Assembly (NCBI GenBank): GCA_000004985.1
Contig: GG738845.1
Strand: one strand, 5' to 3'
DNA from: Naegleria gruberi
Taxonomy: Eukaryota
DNA: 64,000 bases
This document shows, in pieces, positions 10,756 through 20,962 of this stretch. The notes below the pieces were generated by a model. The model was not told where the DNA came from and searched no databases. It saw nothing but the letters and a program-made list of their open reading frames with translations. The position numbers and the translations under genes are program-made. Positions within the stretch are counted from its first letter, which is position 1. Each line of letters starts with the position of its first letter.

Positions 10756-13700
10756 ATGAGAAGGTCAGCTTTTGCTTCAGCGTCCAGAACAAATGATTTT
10801 GATAATATTAAGAATTTTGAAGAGTAAGTGTTGTATTTGAATTTTATCGGAAAGAAGAACAGCTAGTTTTATGAATGAAGTTGACTCTGATGATGATTCT
10901 CCGAAAAAAGCTGTTACTAAACCATCCTTATCCAACAGCATACCTGCAAAGCAGCATAATTTTAAAGGAAATACAACATCAACCCTAAAAACAAATAATG
11001 CCTCACACAACTTACCCAGTCATCTATTTGTAAGTCTAAACGATTTTATCATTTGGATTTGAAATTAGGAAAGAATTCAATTAAATCAGTGGCGAGTGAT
11101 TACAATGAATTCACCTCTAAGGAGCTAATGTCAAAAAGTGGATCTGATACTCATGAATTTGATAAATATAAACCCTCTATGGGATTTGGCAACCAAAATT
11201 CCACTGGAGGGTACAATACATTGAAAAGTACATTAAAGTCAACCACAATTTCCTCAATTCCAGGTATGTATTATAACAATTTTATATTCATTTTGTACAA
11301 AAAGAAGCCGAAGAGGCAGATACAACTACTTCTGAAGAAGCCCGAGTATATAAAAGATTGGATGATCTTGGGTATGATGATAGTGATTTAGAAATTGAAG
11401 GTCACAGTTCTGAATTATCTACATCTCAAGAAGAGTATCCAGTAATTACAACAGGCAAAAACTTTAACTCCGAACAAGCTATTAAAACAGCTCCTCAACC
11501 ATTGTACAGATCTATAGCAACTAATAGAGATATTGATTTAAAAACTAATGTAAATACTAAAGCTATTTCGGAAACCAAATCAATTAATTGTCAAACGAGT
11601 GGAGATTTTATGAAAGATTTTCAAGATAAGGAGAATTTGATAAAAGTGTTGAAGAAGGAATTGGAGATTAAGGATCAACAAATATTATCACTAAGAACTG
11701 AAATGGAAGTTGAGCAGAGAAAGAAGTGGAATGTCGCTGATGAGTCAACACAAACGATTAGTAATACGACCGAAAAGTCATCTCAAGTGAATATTGAGGA
11801 TGGAGAGAAGGAACACCTTCAAATCACTATTCAAAAATTCAAACATAGAATACAGGAGCTAGAAGCAGACATTATTGAAAGACAGGATGAGGTCGATCAA
11901 CTTAACAACAAGATCAAGAACTTAAAAGCCGACATTTTAAATGCACAACATGATGAATCGAGTAATGTAATATTACAAAAGCAAATCAACAAGCTATCCA
12001 AACAATTATTTGAATTACAAACAGAAAATACAATGTTAAATGAAGAGTTAAGGAAACATGAGGAAATAATGAATTATACACAAAGTGATATAGACCATTC
12101 CAGTTTACAACAAACTACAAAGACAGCAGATATGGAATTTGAAAATCTGAAAAAACAGCACGAAACTAACGACAAATTCTTAAAAGAATATCAAAAGCAA
12201 AATGAGAAACTAACAAGGGAGAATAAGGAATTAGGTTCTGAACTTAAAAACGTAAGAGGGGAATTGGACGATTTGAAAAGAAAACGAGCATTAAATGAAA
12301 AAGAAAAGGATGAAATTCATACCCTCCACAGAAAAATAAGAGAACTTGAGGAAATTATTCATTCGGAAAGAGTAGAGTTCGATAGAAAGGAAGAATATCT
12401 TAAAAATCAAATTCAAAAAGTCAAACACAGTAAGGAGGAGTTAGAAGTGAATTTGAAAAAATTAGATCCTCAAAAACTTGAGGAACAACGAATGTTCATC
12501 TTGAGTTTCGAAGAAAAATCAAAAATACTTGAACAACAACACAATGAAAAAATGATGGAATTATGTAGGAGACTTAAGATACAACAAGATCTTCAGGACC
12601 AATATGACCAACAAACAACAACAATACAACAACAGGAGAGGTTAATTAATAATTTGAAACACAAAATTAGAGAAATTGAAACAAGTTTATTTGATACTGA
12701 ATCAAGGATTAGAGAGAAAGAGAGAGAAAATAGAGAATTAAGATCAGAAAACTCAGATTTGTGGAGAGAGAAGAAAGATATTTCAAAAACTAGGGATAAA
12801 ATTTTGGAGCTAGAACAAGAAATTCGAATAAGGGATGAAAAAATCAATGCCTTCCCTAGAGATATCGAGAAGCAAAAGATAGAATATGAGAACAATATTC
12901 AAGAAGCTGAGATTAGAGTAAAAAAACTGGAATTTATGAAAGATAAAGAACATGAGAGTAAAATGAAAGAAATCAAGGAATATTATTTGAAAAAACAGAA
13001 AGAACTGAATGATACTGTTAAGGAATTATCTAGAGGAAAATCATTAATTTCAAACAAGAAAAAATCCAAAAATATCGCACAAGACTCTGATAATGATTTT
13101 CTTAAGGATGAATTGTTTGCAAAACAAGCAACTATTGAAGAATTAATGAAAAAGATTACGGAAATAGAATCAAGAAATGAAGGAAAGGAATTATCAAACA
13201 ATGAAACCTCAGTAATAAGGGAAGGTAATATTAATGAAGAGAGTGAACTAATAGGTGAACTAAGAATAGTTAGACTAGAAAAAGAAGAGTTGCTGAGAAA
13301 GTTAGAATTGTCAGAGATGAACAAAGTGTTCATAAAAGAAAATGCCATGGAACAAGTGAAGGCAGCCTACAGTGAATTGAATACTACAAGAGAAAAGTAT
13401 AGAAATGAAATACAGAACCTCGAGGAGAGACATAACCAAGAAATGAAATGTCAAGAATCACATTTTTTGCAAGAGATTGAAGATTACAAAAATATCATTG
13501 ATAATTCTGCTACTAAACAAACCCACACTTTACAGTTAATTAATGAAAATTCAGGAGAGAATTCCAGAATCTTAATGCTAAAGCAATTAATTTCACGAAT
13601 TGAAAATTTGGAAAGCAAACACAAAATCAAAGAGATGGAACTGGAAAGAGAGCTCAACGAGACAAGATATAGATATGAACTGAAAATTACATCAATGAAA

Positions 13701-13823
13701 CAACATCTTGATTTGACAGTCCAACAAAAAAACCAACAAGTACTTCAGTTAAAAACTTCCCTTGATAATTTAGTACAAGCATTCCAAAAGCTAAAGATAG
13801 CCCAAAGAGAAAATTTATTTTAA
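10756..13823 (+). CDS. Large coiled-coil protein, multi-exon. Proposed exons: 10756..10823, 10867..11029, about 11069/11074..11263, 11305..13823. Identity unknown.
   Basis: Small ORFs 10871..11062 and 11053..11391 and the large ORF 11358..13823 link through GTAAGT/GTATGT...AG introns of 41-44 nt. Intron 1 is 10824..10866; intron 3 is 11264..11304. The frame across intron 2 does not close with the obvious GTAAGT(11030)/TTAG(11068) pair (see findings). The body is a continuous heptad-rich E/K/Q coiled coil. Confidence 0.5.
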
Positions 13824-13841
13824 AGTAAAAAAAATTGCATA

Positions 13842-16800
13842 ATGATCAAAAATGACATTTATTCATCATCGGAATCTGATGACTCTGTAATGTTGAGCAG
13901 TGATGACAGTGACGAGGAAAATACATTGAAAAACGCTTTAAATTCTGCAAGAGAATTATCTAATATTAAACCTAATTTTGGCTATTCTTTCGACAATATA
14001 TCAACTTTTATACCAAACTTTGAAAACGGTATTAACAACAACCACCAAATTTACAACATTTCCCAAGCTATTGACTCTTCTGATACTACTAATTTGAATA
14101 TTTCCGATAGACTACTACATTTGAAGGAAGGGCTAAATTTTAATGAAAAGTATAAGCAATTACTGCAAAGCGAGATTGAAAAAATAGAGGAAGCACAAAG
14201 AAATGTAGGAACCATTCAGAGGGACATCAGAAAAGAGTTAATACAACGACAGAAAGGTCCTCCAATGTCACTTTATCCATCCCGAAAGAATCTTTCTCAA
14301 AATAATGGGAAAATATCAAAAAAGTTGGCTTGTGAATTTTTTGTAAACCTGGCTCAATCAAAGTTAAAAGCCTCAGGTAGTTCTGCTATTATTGTTGATG
14401 AGTACAATACTAGGATACTACAATCGGCTGCTATTGCATCGAAAGGAGCAGAAAAACCTAAAAAATCGAAAAAACAACAAAAAAAGAAAAAAAGAAACAC
14501 AGAGGATGAGGAATATATTAGTGACTCTGAATTCCAGTCTGATGATGATGGATATGATGAAGAAGTTGATAATGAAATAGATACAATAGAGGAGATGGCT
14601 GAAAATACAGTAATTATTCAGGGACCAGCTCCAAACTCTGATACACTCACTAGACAAGAATTTCTCAAACTTGTTCCACTTGTGTTTGATACTAAAAAGT
14701 GGTCTAACAATGAAATTAAAAATATTAGATATGCTGTCAGATTGCAACATCAAGAAATGGAGTGTAAGAGAGTTTTTGAAACATGTAAAGGAGATAGTAA
14801 CCTTTTAAAAAAAGAATTTGAGAAGGTTAAAAACATGTCAGGTGAGGAGTTAGAAAATATAGAGAGCTCGAAAATTGATTGGGAAAAAGTAGCAAAATTT
14901 TATGTAAAAACTAGGAAACCTGAAGAATGCAGGAAATTTTGGGAAATTGAACTGGCAAAAGATATTAAAAAAGATAACTGGTCTAAAGAAGAAGATATTA
15001 ATTTATTATATGTTGCAGACGATTCAAAGGGCCATGATTGGTCGAAAATATCCAACAAGCTTTATGAAACTCAACCTTTAAAAAGAAGACCTATTCATTG
15101 TTTCAGAAGGTACCAACGAAGTTTAAATACAAATATGATGAGAAGTAAATGGACTGAAGAAGAAGACAGGAAACTTATGGAGGCAGTAAAGTCATTTGGT
15201 GAAAAGAATTGGCAACAGATAGCCAATCAATTAGAAGAAAGGACAGGACAGCAGTGTCTGCACCGTTGGATGAAAACACTCAATCCTGCAATTAAAAGAG
15301 GAAGATGGACAGTTGAAGAGGATAAGCGGCTTTTAATGGCAGTTAATGCATACCCTTCCAACAATTGGGTTCTTGTTAATAGACACACACCTGGAAGAAC
15401 AGACGTGCAATGTAGAGAGCGGTGGTGTAACATTCTAAATCCAGTCCTGAATGTTGGACCCTGGACGAAAGAAGAAGATGAAAGTCTCAAGCGTGCCATT
15501 AAAGATCTAGGAGCTGGTAACTGGTCTAAAATTGCTGAGGTAATGCATCCCAGAACTGATAATCAGTGCTGGAGACGTTGGAGGTTGATAAGCTCAGAAG
15601 AAGTATCAGATTATAGAAAGAAGATTTACAAGAGGGAAAAGGCTCTCGTAAAAAACTTTGTTGGCAGAGAAAAGGAAAGACCTGATATAACTGCAGATGA
15701 TCTTCAAATAACTCATCCAGAAAGCGACAATAACTTGATCCAACTATCTATTTCAGAATTTGTAGAAAAAGATAGATCTCTGATTTTCTCTCAAAACTCA
15801 TTACTTTCAAGTACTATTTGTGTAGAATCAATGCAATCATTGCATCAATCACTCACCATCCCAAAACTAAAGAGTGTTCTTGAAATAGAATGGCAAAGAA
15901 TGGACCAAATACGTTTTCTTTTGGAGAAAACACCTTACTTTATTGGAGTGCCACTATCAAACATTTTGAAAAGAGTTATGAGCTTGATGTTTTCTCTCAA
16001 GGGTACACTCACTATCAAGCACATTTATATTCCAGAACTACCTAAAAAAGAAATTAGAATACAGACCTTTAAAAGCATGGTGGTTCCAATAGAAAGACCA
16101 GTTTTCTCTTTCCCTTGCATTGTACCAACCACTCTTTCTCCTTCTCTTCCATCAGTTACCGCAACTAGTGTATCCCTTAATGCTTTAGCAACTCTTCAAG
16201 ATGTACTATACAATAGAGGTAGCCCAAAAATGGCTACCACTACAGCAAAGGTGATAGATATCCAATCTAGTTCAGAGAAACTATCAACTTTCCAAATACC
16301 TGCTTTTCAGCCAACAACCAAAGACTGGGTTTATGAACCGCCAACTCTTGTTCACAATAACGCTTCTATTTTACATTCACCAGAGTTTAAAACTCTATCT
16401 AGTGTGTTTAATTCATTATTCCAAAAGCCTATGCAACAAACGATTGGTAAATTGGCAGAGAGATTACCTCATTTATTGAGACGAGTTCCTCATGCTGATA
16501 TTTTGAATAAGTCTATGGAAGAATCACAGACCAATTACCAACACATATGTCAAAATTCAAAAGATCCATTTATTATACAACAATCAAAATGGGAAACAGA
16601 AAAAACTCTCAGTGATCCACCTACATTTTCCACCGTTTTTTCATTATATCACCATTTACCAACTGATGATTTGTTTAATAGAAACGAAGCAAGCACTCTT
16701 CCCCAAGCTCCTTTGATTCTGGTTAAGCCCAAAGGTGTGAGAGGCAGACCAAAAGGATCAAAAAACAAAAAGACACTCGAACTCGAGAGACAGAGAAGGG

Positions 16801-17111
16801 AAGCAGATACACAGAGCACCTTGTCAGCTGGTGGTAGCACTGCCGAATCACAAGTAGTCCAACAAACCAACAGTGCGATCACAAACACTACCACGGCAGA
16901 GGTCTCACAAAAGAGAGGAAGAGGAAGACCAAAGGGATCCAAAAACAAACCTAAAACCCTTGAACAACTTACAGAACAAAAGAAGAAACAGTTGAACAAG
17001 CCAGTTGTAAGGAAGGTATCCAAAAATCAAACTGGTTCCTCTAAAAAACGAAAAACTGGGCAAACCACGGATCTTACTCTTGACAGAACAACAGCAGAGG
17101 AAGAGCAATAA
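13842..17111 (+). CDS. Myb-repeat protein, SNAPC4 (snRNA-activating protein complex subunit 4)-like, with two C-terminal AT-hooks
   Basis: At least four tandem Myb/SANT repeats with regularly spaced Trp (KWTEEEDRKLMEAV...W..I; RGRWTVEEDKRLL..W; GPWTKEEDESLKRA..W..I, etc.). This is the SNAPC4 arrangement. C-terminus has KPKGVRGRPKGSKNKK and KRGRGRPKGSKNKPK AT-hook motifs. Confidence 0.7.
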   Translation: MIKNDIYSSSESDDSVMLSSDDSDEENTLKNALNSARELSNIKPNFGYSFDNISTFIPNFENGINNNHQIYNISQAIDSSDTTNLNISDRLLHLKEGLNFNEKYKQLLQSEIEKIEEAQRNVGTIQRDIRKELIQRQKGPPMSLYPSRKNLSQNNGKISKKLACEFFVNLAQSKLKASGSSAIIVDEYNTRILQSAAIASKGAEKPKKSKKQQKKKKRNTEDEEYISDSEFQSDDDGYDEEVDNEIDTIEEMAENTVIIQGPAPNSDTLTRQEFLKLVPLVFDTKKWSNNEIKNIRYAVRLQHQEMECKRVFETCKGDSNLLKKEFEKVKNMSGEELENIESSKIDWEKVAKFYVKTRKPEECRKFWEIELAKDIKKDNWSKEEDINLLYVADDSKGHDWSKISNKLYETQPLKRRPIHCFRRYQRSLNTNMMRSKWTEEEDRKLMEAVKSFGEKNWQQIANQLEERTGQQCLHRWMKTLNPAIKRGRWTVEEDKRLLMAVNAYPSNNWVLVNRHTPGRTDVQCRERWCNILNPVLNVGPWTKEEDESLKRAIKDLGAGNWSKIAEVMHPRTDNQCWRRWRLISSEEVSDYRKKIYKREKALVKNFVGREKERPDITADDLQITHPESDNNLIQLSISEFVEKDRSLIFSQNSLLSSTICVESMQSLHQSLTIPKLKSVLEIEWQRMDQIRFLLEKTPYFIGVPLSNILKRVMSLMFSLKGTLTIKHIYIPELPKKEIRIQTFKSMVVPIERPVFSFPCIVPTTLSPSLPSVTATSVSLNALATLQDVLYNRGSPKMATTTAKVIDIQSSSEKLSTFQIPAFQPTTKDWVYEPPTLVHNNASILHSPEFKTLSSVFNSLFQKPMQQTIGKLAERLPHLLRRVPHADILNKSMEESQTNYQHICQNSKDPFIIQQSKWETEKTLSDPPTFSTVFSLYHHLPTDDLFNRNEASTLPQAPLILVKPKGVRGRPKGSKNKKTLELERQRREADTQSTLSAGGSTAESQVVQQTNSAITNTTTAEVSQKRGRGRPKGSKNKPKTLEQLTEQKKKQLNKPVVRKVSKNQTGSSKKRKTGQTTDLTLDRTTAEEEQ

Positions 17112-17226
17112 GTTAACCCTTATTCAGTAGGATAAGAGAATATATCTTTGTTCCTCAATTCGACCTTTTTACTCAGTCTCTAGTTAGCCACTTTTGCAGT
17201 TTAGAAATTTTTGCAATGGCTTAATA

Positions 17227-17238
17227 ATTTGGCGGTAA
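17227..17238. promoter_or_regulatory. E2F-like GC motif (ATTTGGCGGTAA) upstream of syntaxin
   Basis: About 100 bp upstream of the ATG at 17341. Confidence 0.25.
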
Positions 17239-17340
17239 TCTTCCTCCAATTACAGCAAAAAAAATACACTATCACCTTGAGTTTATCACTCACTGTTAAA
17301 AACGTCATCATACCTTGTAAAATAGTAATAATTAAAAAAC

Positions 17341-18318
17341 ATGAGCAATTGGCTAGAGGCTAGACAAGGCCACGTTTCCCATTCCGGAATAGGAGAACAA
17401 AAAAGGGCACAGCCATCGCCAATAGCAAGTAATTCTCAACAAGTAAACTTTGTTTCAAATCTTAGTACCAGCGGAAGTAGTGGAGGCACTCCATCTGTTG
17501 TTCCAATTTTTAACATTCAGAAAGAAGTCGAAGATTTAAGTAATAAGATTTACTCTTTTATGTACACTGTGGGAAGGATAGAATCTCACACAAAAGAGTT
17601 GGAGAAAAAAGATTCAGATTCAGTTAAAAACAAATTAAAGGCACACAGGGAGAAGGCGAAAAAGGAACTACGATGGTTGCTGCAAAAGTTTGAAGAAATT
17701 TCTTGTAAAGCACCCAATCTCAAGGACTCAACTACTGAAAAAGTGTTTGAAAAGATAACGAAACAATTCAAGGATCAATTTGAGAGATTTCAAAATGTAT
17801 CAAAGCATTCGATAGAGGTTGAAAAGAAACACCTAATTAAGGTACACAGCAGATCGCGCCAAACTGAAAATTCTGCTCTTGTGGACGATACTGAGAATAA
17901 TGACACAGATGGGGAATATGAAGATCATAAATACGGAGTTGGAAAATACGAACAAGAGCAACAAGATTTATTCGAACAACGTTTAATTTTGACAGAGTTT
18001 GATCACAGTATGATTCAGACAGAAAAGGCGATCGCTGAAGAGAGATTGAATGAGCTCAAACAATTAGAAGTAGATATGAACGATATTTATTCATGTTATG
18101 TTGATTTAAGTTCAATGATTAAACAGCAAGGTGAAACAATGGACACAGTCGAGTCCAACATTTTAAAATCAAATATAATGGTGGAGGAGGGAGTGGAATA
18201 TATAGAAACATCCAGAAAGAAATTGTCTTATCGTTTAGTGATTCAATTATTATTGATTGCTGGATTTACTATTATTGTGATATTGGGAGTTGTATTGGGA
18301 GTGATATACATTATTTAA
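17341..18318 (+). CDS. Syntaxin (Qa-SNARE) with C-terminal transmembrane anchor
   Basis: SNARE heptad region ...DLSSMIKQQGETMDTVESNI... with the central Gln. C-terminal TM segment LVIQLLLIAGFTIIVILGVVLGVIYII immediately before the stop. Confidence 0.8.
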   Translation: MSNWLEARQGHVSHSGIGEQKRAQPSPIASNSQQVNFVSNLSTSGSSGGTPSVVPIFNIQKEVEDLSNKIYSFMYTVGRIESHTKELEKKDSDSVKNKLKAHREKAKKELRWLLQKFEEISCKAPNLKDSTTEKVFEKITKQFKDQFERFQNVSKHSIEVEKKHLIKVHSRSRQTENSALVDDTENNDTDGEYEDHKYGVGKYEQEQQDLFEQRLILTEFDHSMIQTEKAIAEERLNELKQLEVDMNDIYSCYVDLSSMIKQQGETMDTVESNILKSNIMVEEGVEYIETSRKKLSYRLVIQLLLIAGFTIIVILGVVLGVIYII

Positions 18319-19986
18319 CTGTAAAATAAATGAACTAGCTCTGATAAGGTTAGCCAATTATGCAAATCTCTTTCGGAAATGCTTGTATCAGAAACTCTGT
18401 TTCTTACAAATGTTTGAGTAGCAAGTTGATTAACATCTTGAGTCAATTTGATATCCTTGTAATTGTTCCTTGCTATTTGGCTAATATAAGATTGGAATAA
18501 TAGGGACTGACTATCATTAATTGCAGGAATTTCTAAAGATTTTTCAGGCAATAATTTAACCAAATAATTTACATCTCTGTGGAATAGACTTTTACCTTTG
18601 GAAATTATTACAACTGGAATGTCAACATTCATTATAAGTGGATGATATGAATAATCATAGTCAACTTTTTGTGAAGAAATAAGAGTTGATAGATGGGAAA
18701 TATTTCTCATAGCTCCTTCAAGTAAATTTCCTTCCCGAAGAGAGTTTTCGTCAATAATGAGATGTGTGCCTGATGGTAATTGTAAAAGGCCTGATTTTAA
18801 CTTATCCATTTGATAATCCTTAACAGGGGCTAGTCTGGTATGTTCAAGATTACTGCTTGTCATTTCAAAGAGGTACGAAGAGGGAAGAAGGGTGTGAAGA
18901 ATTTCATCCATCTTTTTAGCAGTATCCTTGTCACAGTTATAGATATTCAGAATGAATTTTCCAAGTGTTACCCCATAATTATGAGAACGACTTTACAATG
19001 CCATTATTATTTAAATTAATTGTGTTAACTTACACTCTGCTAATAAGATTGTACAATAAAAGTTCTGCAACCAGACAATCACCTCCAAAAGCTAAAGTTA
19101 AATATTCCAATAACTGATTTCTGACAATATCCCATGAATACTCCGAATTAGTAATTGTTACAACATCAAACACAGATTTGTATTTTTTAAAGAACAAGAC
19201 ATGTAATCGTGGGACAAGAGTTGCTTCGGGTCTAAAATTGCAAAATTCCTCCTCTTCATCTGTACACATTTTGTTAGGTGACTCAAATGTTAAAATTCCT
19301 ACAAAATCTACAAGTTCAGTATTTTTGAATCCAAAGTCTTCTCCATATAGTTTAATAAGACAAGCGAGACCATCTTCTCCTTTGATGGGGAAGTCCAACA
19401 TCTCATCTCTATCAGAAACAACAGATCTCTTATCAGAAGTAGAAATATTTTCATGAAGTTGTCTTTTTTTCTTTGTTTCCAATTCCAGCTCATCTGACAT
19501 GTCATCTGATTCACCTTCTGAATCTTCATCATTTCTTTTCCTTTTTGTGTTTTGTACTGTTGATTTTTTGAGTGTTGATTTGTTCACTTCTTCGTTTTTG
19601 TTGGTGTTATTAGGGTAGAATGAAGTTCGTGACCACTTTGCCTCCCCTGGTATCGGAATGCAATAGAATAATTCTCTTTCAATCATCACATTGTCGTTGA
19701 AAAAATTATTGTCATCATACCCTGCTTCTCTATACAAATAATTTGCTGTTACTAATTCAGTATTATGTACATCTTGTATGATGCCTCTATATTTGACCAG
19801 AGTATTTGGGGTTGACATTGGATTTAAAGAAGGAATAATTTTAAACATTTCGTCAGATCCGAAATGTTCTTCGTAGCATTTGGACATTTGTAAATGAACA
19901 TCGATTGGATTGGCAAGATTTTTACTTTTAATCAGCTCTTCCAATATTTGAAAGGGGTTTTCTATCATTAGATTGGTTGCATTCAT
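18315..19986 (-). CDS. MCMBP: MCM-binding protein (MCMBP) homolog. Two exons, 19036..19986 and 18315..18926, with a 109-nt intron.
   Basis: FYCIPIPGEAKW, GLACLIKLYGEDFGFKNTELVDFVGILT, LVPRLHVLF, KLKSGLLQLPSGTHLIIDEN and QKVDYDYSYH match conserved MCMBP blocks. ORFs 19030..19986 and 18315..18911 join in frame via GTGTAAGT...GACAAG. The stop codon overlaps the syntaxin stop on the other strand. Confidence 0.75.
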
Positions 19987-20015
19987 TTTTTTTATTTAAT
20001 TATTAAATAATTCAA

Positions 20016-20627
20016 TTACAGCATTTCCTCTACTAACGACTTTAGAACATCTGCATGACATGGCCGTTCATACCTCTCACAAAAACACCCAATTTTCTTT
20101 CCTTTCAGTTCATGTAAAGAATTTTTCAAGTTTGGTTGAGAAAGAATGTAATCTCTGTACTTTTCTAAGGATTCTTTCTTGGGTAGTTTTTCGAAAGGGT
20201 TTGCCCATTTGGACTCGTTTAATTGCCACCCACTATGAAAACATCTTGAGCCAACATAAACATCACAATTTTGTATCGTTTCACCTTTCTTTTTTCTTAT
20301 TCTAACAACTTGTGTTTGAGTGTCAATAATTTCAATATCTAATTGGTTTCTTGTTTTCGGTTTCTTTTTCTTGGGAGAAATAACGCACGGGATGAGTCTA
20401 CCGGTTGTTTGACTCTTAATAAACAGGTTTCCATTTAGTTTTTTCATTGGAATATTTACATTACTATTGTACAGTTCTTGGTTGCTTTCCATAACATCTG
20501 AAAAATATCGTTTCCTTTTTTGATCATTTATTTCCGGTTCATCCATTAGGCTGTTCTCTGTTGTTTGGGTTTCTTCTGAAAATGTAAGAACAAAAATGCC
20601 TGCCTTCTTCTCCTGGGAGGTTAACAT
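20016..20627 (-). CDS. DUF4326-family domain protein (C-terminal domain) with an N-terminal basic extension
   Basis: C-terminal 90 aa read DVYVGSR...W...KWANPF...YRDYI...LHELKGKKIGCFCERYERPCHADVL. This matches the DUF4326 pattern as I recall it (GnPF ... L.GK.L.C.C.P..CHGDVL); the match is recalled from memory and should be confirmed by an HMM search against PF14216. Confidence 0.5.
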   Translation of the reverse strand: MLTSQEKKAGIFVLTFSEETQTTENSLMDEPEINDQKRKRYFSDVMESNQELYNSNVNIPMKKLNGNLFIKSQTTGRLIPCVISPKKKKPKTRNQLDIEIIDTQTQVVRIRKKKGETIQNCDVYVGSRCFHSGWQLNESKWANPFEKLPKKESLEKYRDYILSQPNLKNSLHELKGKKIGCFCERYERPCHADVLKSLVEEML

Positions 20628-20962
20628 TTTTTTTTATTGTTAGTTCTTGCCCACACTGGAATTGGTTGGCATCAAAAATATTAACTATTTTTTTTAAAAA
20701 AATGAAACCATAACCACAAAACATCAAATCAAACAACCAACAACCAACAGCTAGAAAAATGTATACATAGTATCGAACGAAAGATCAAAAACACAGCTCA
20801 CGTCCACAAAGGATCGTTACTAATTCTGTCATGATACCCTCGCCAGTGTGAGCTCATACACCACATGTTGACTAAAGAAACAGCATTCAGACCCTCAAGT
20901 CAAGTGACTGTGCCGAAGTCATCATACAATACTTTTTTCTTTTAATTATTTAATTTAATTCT

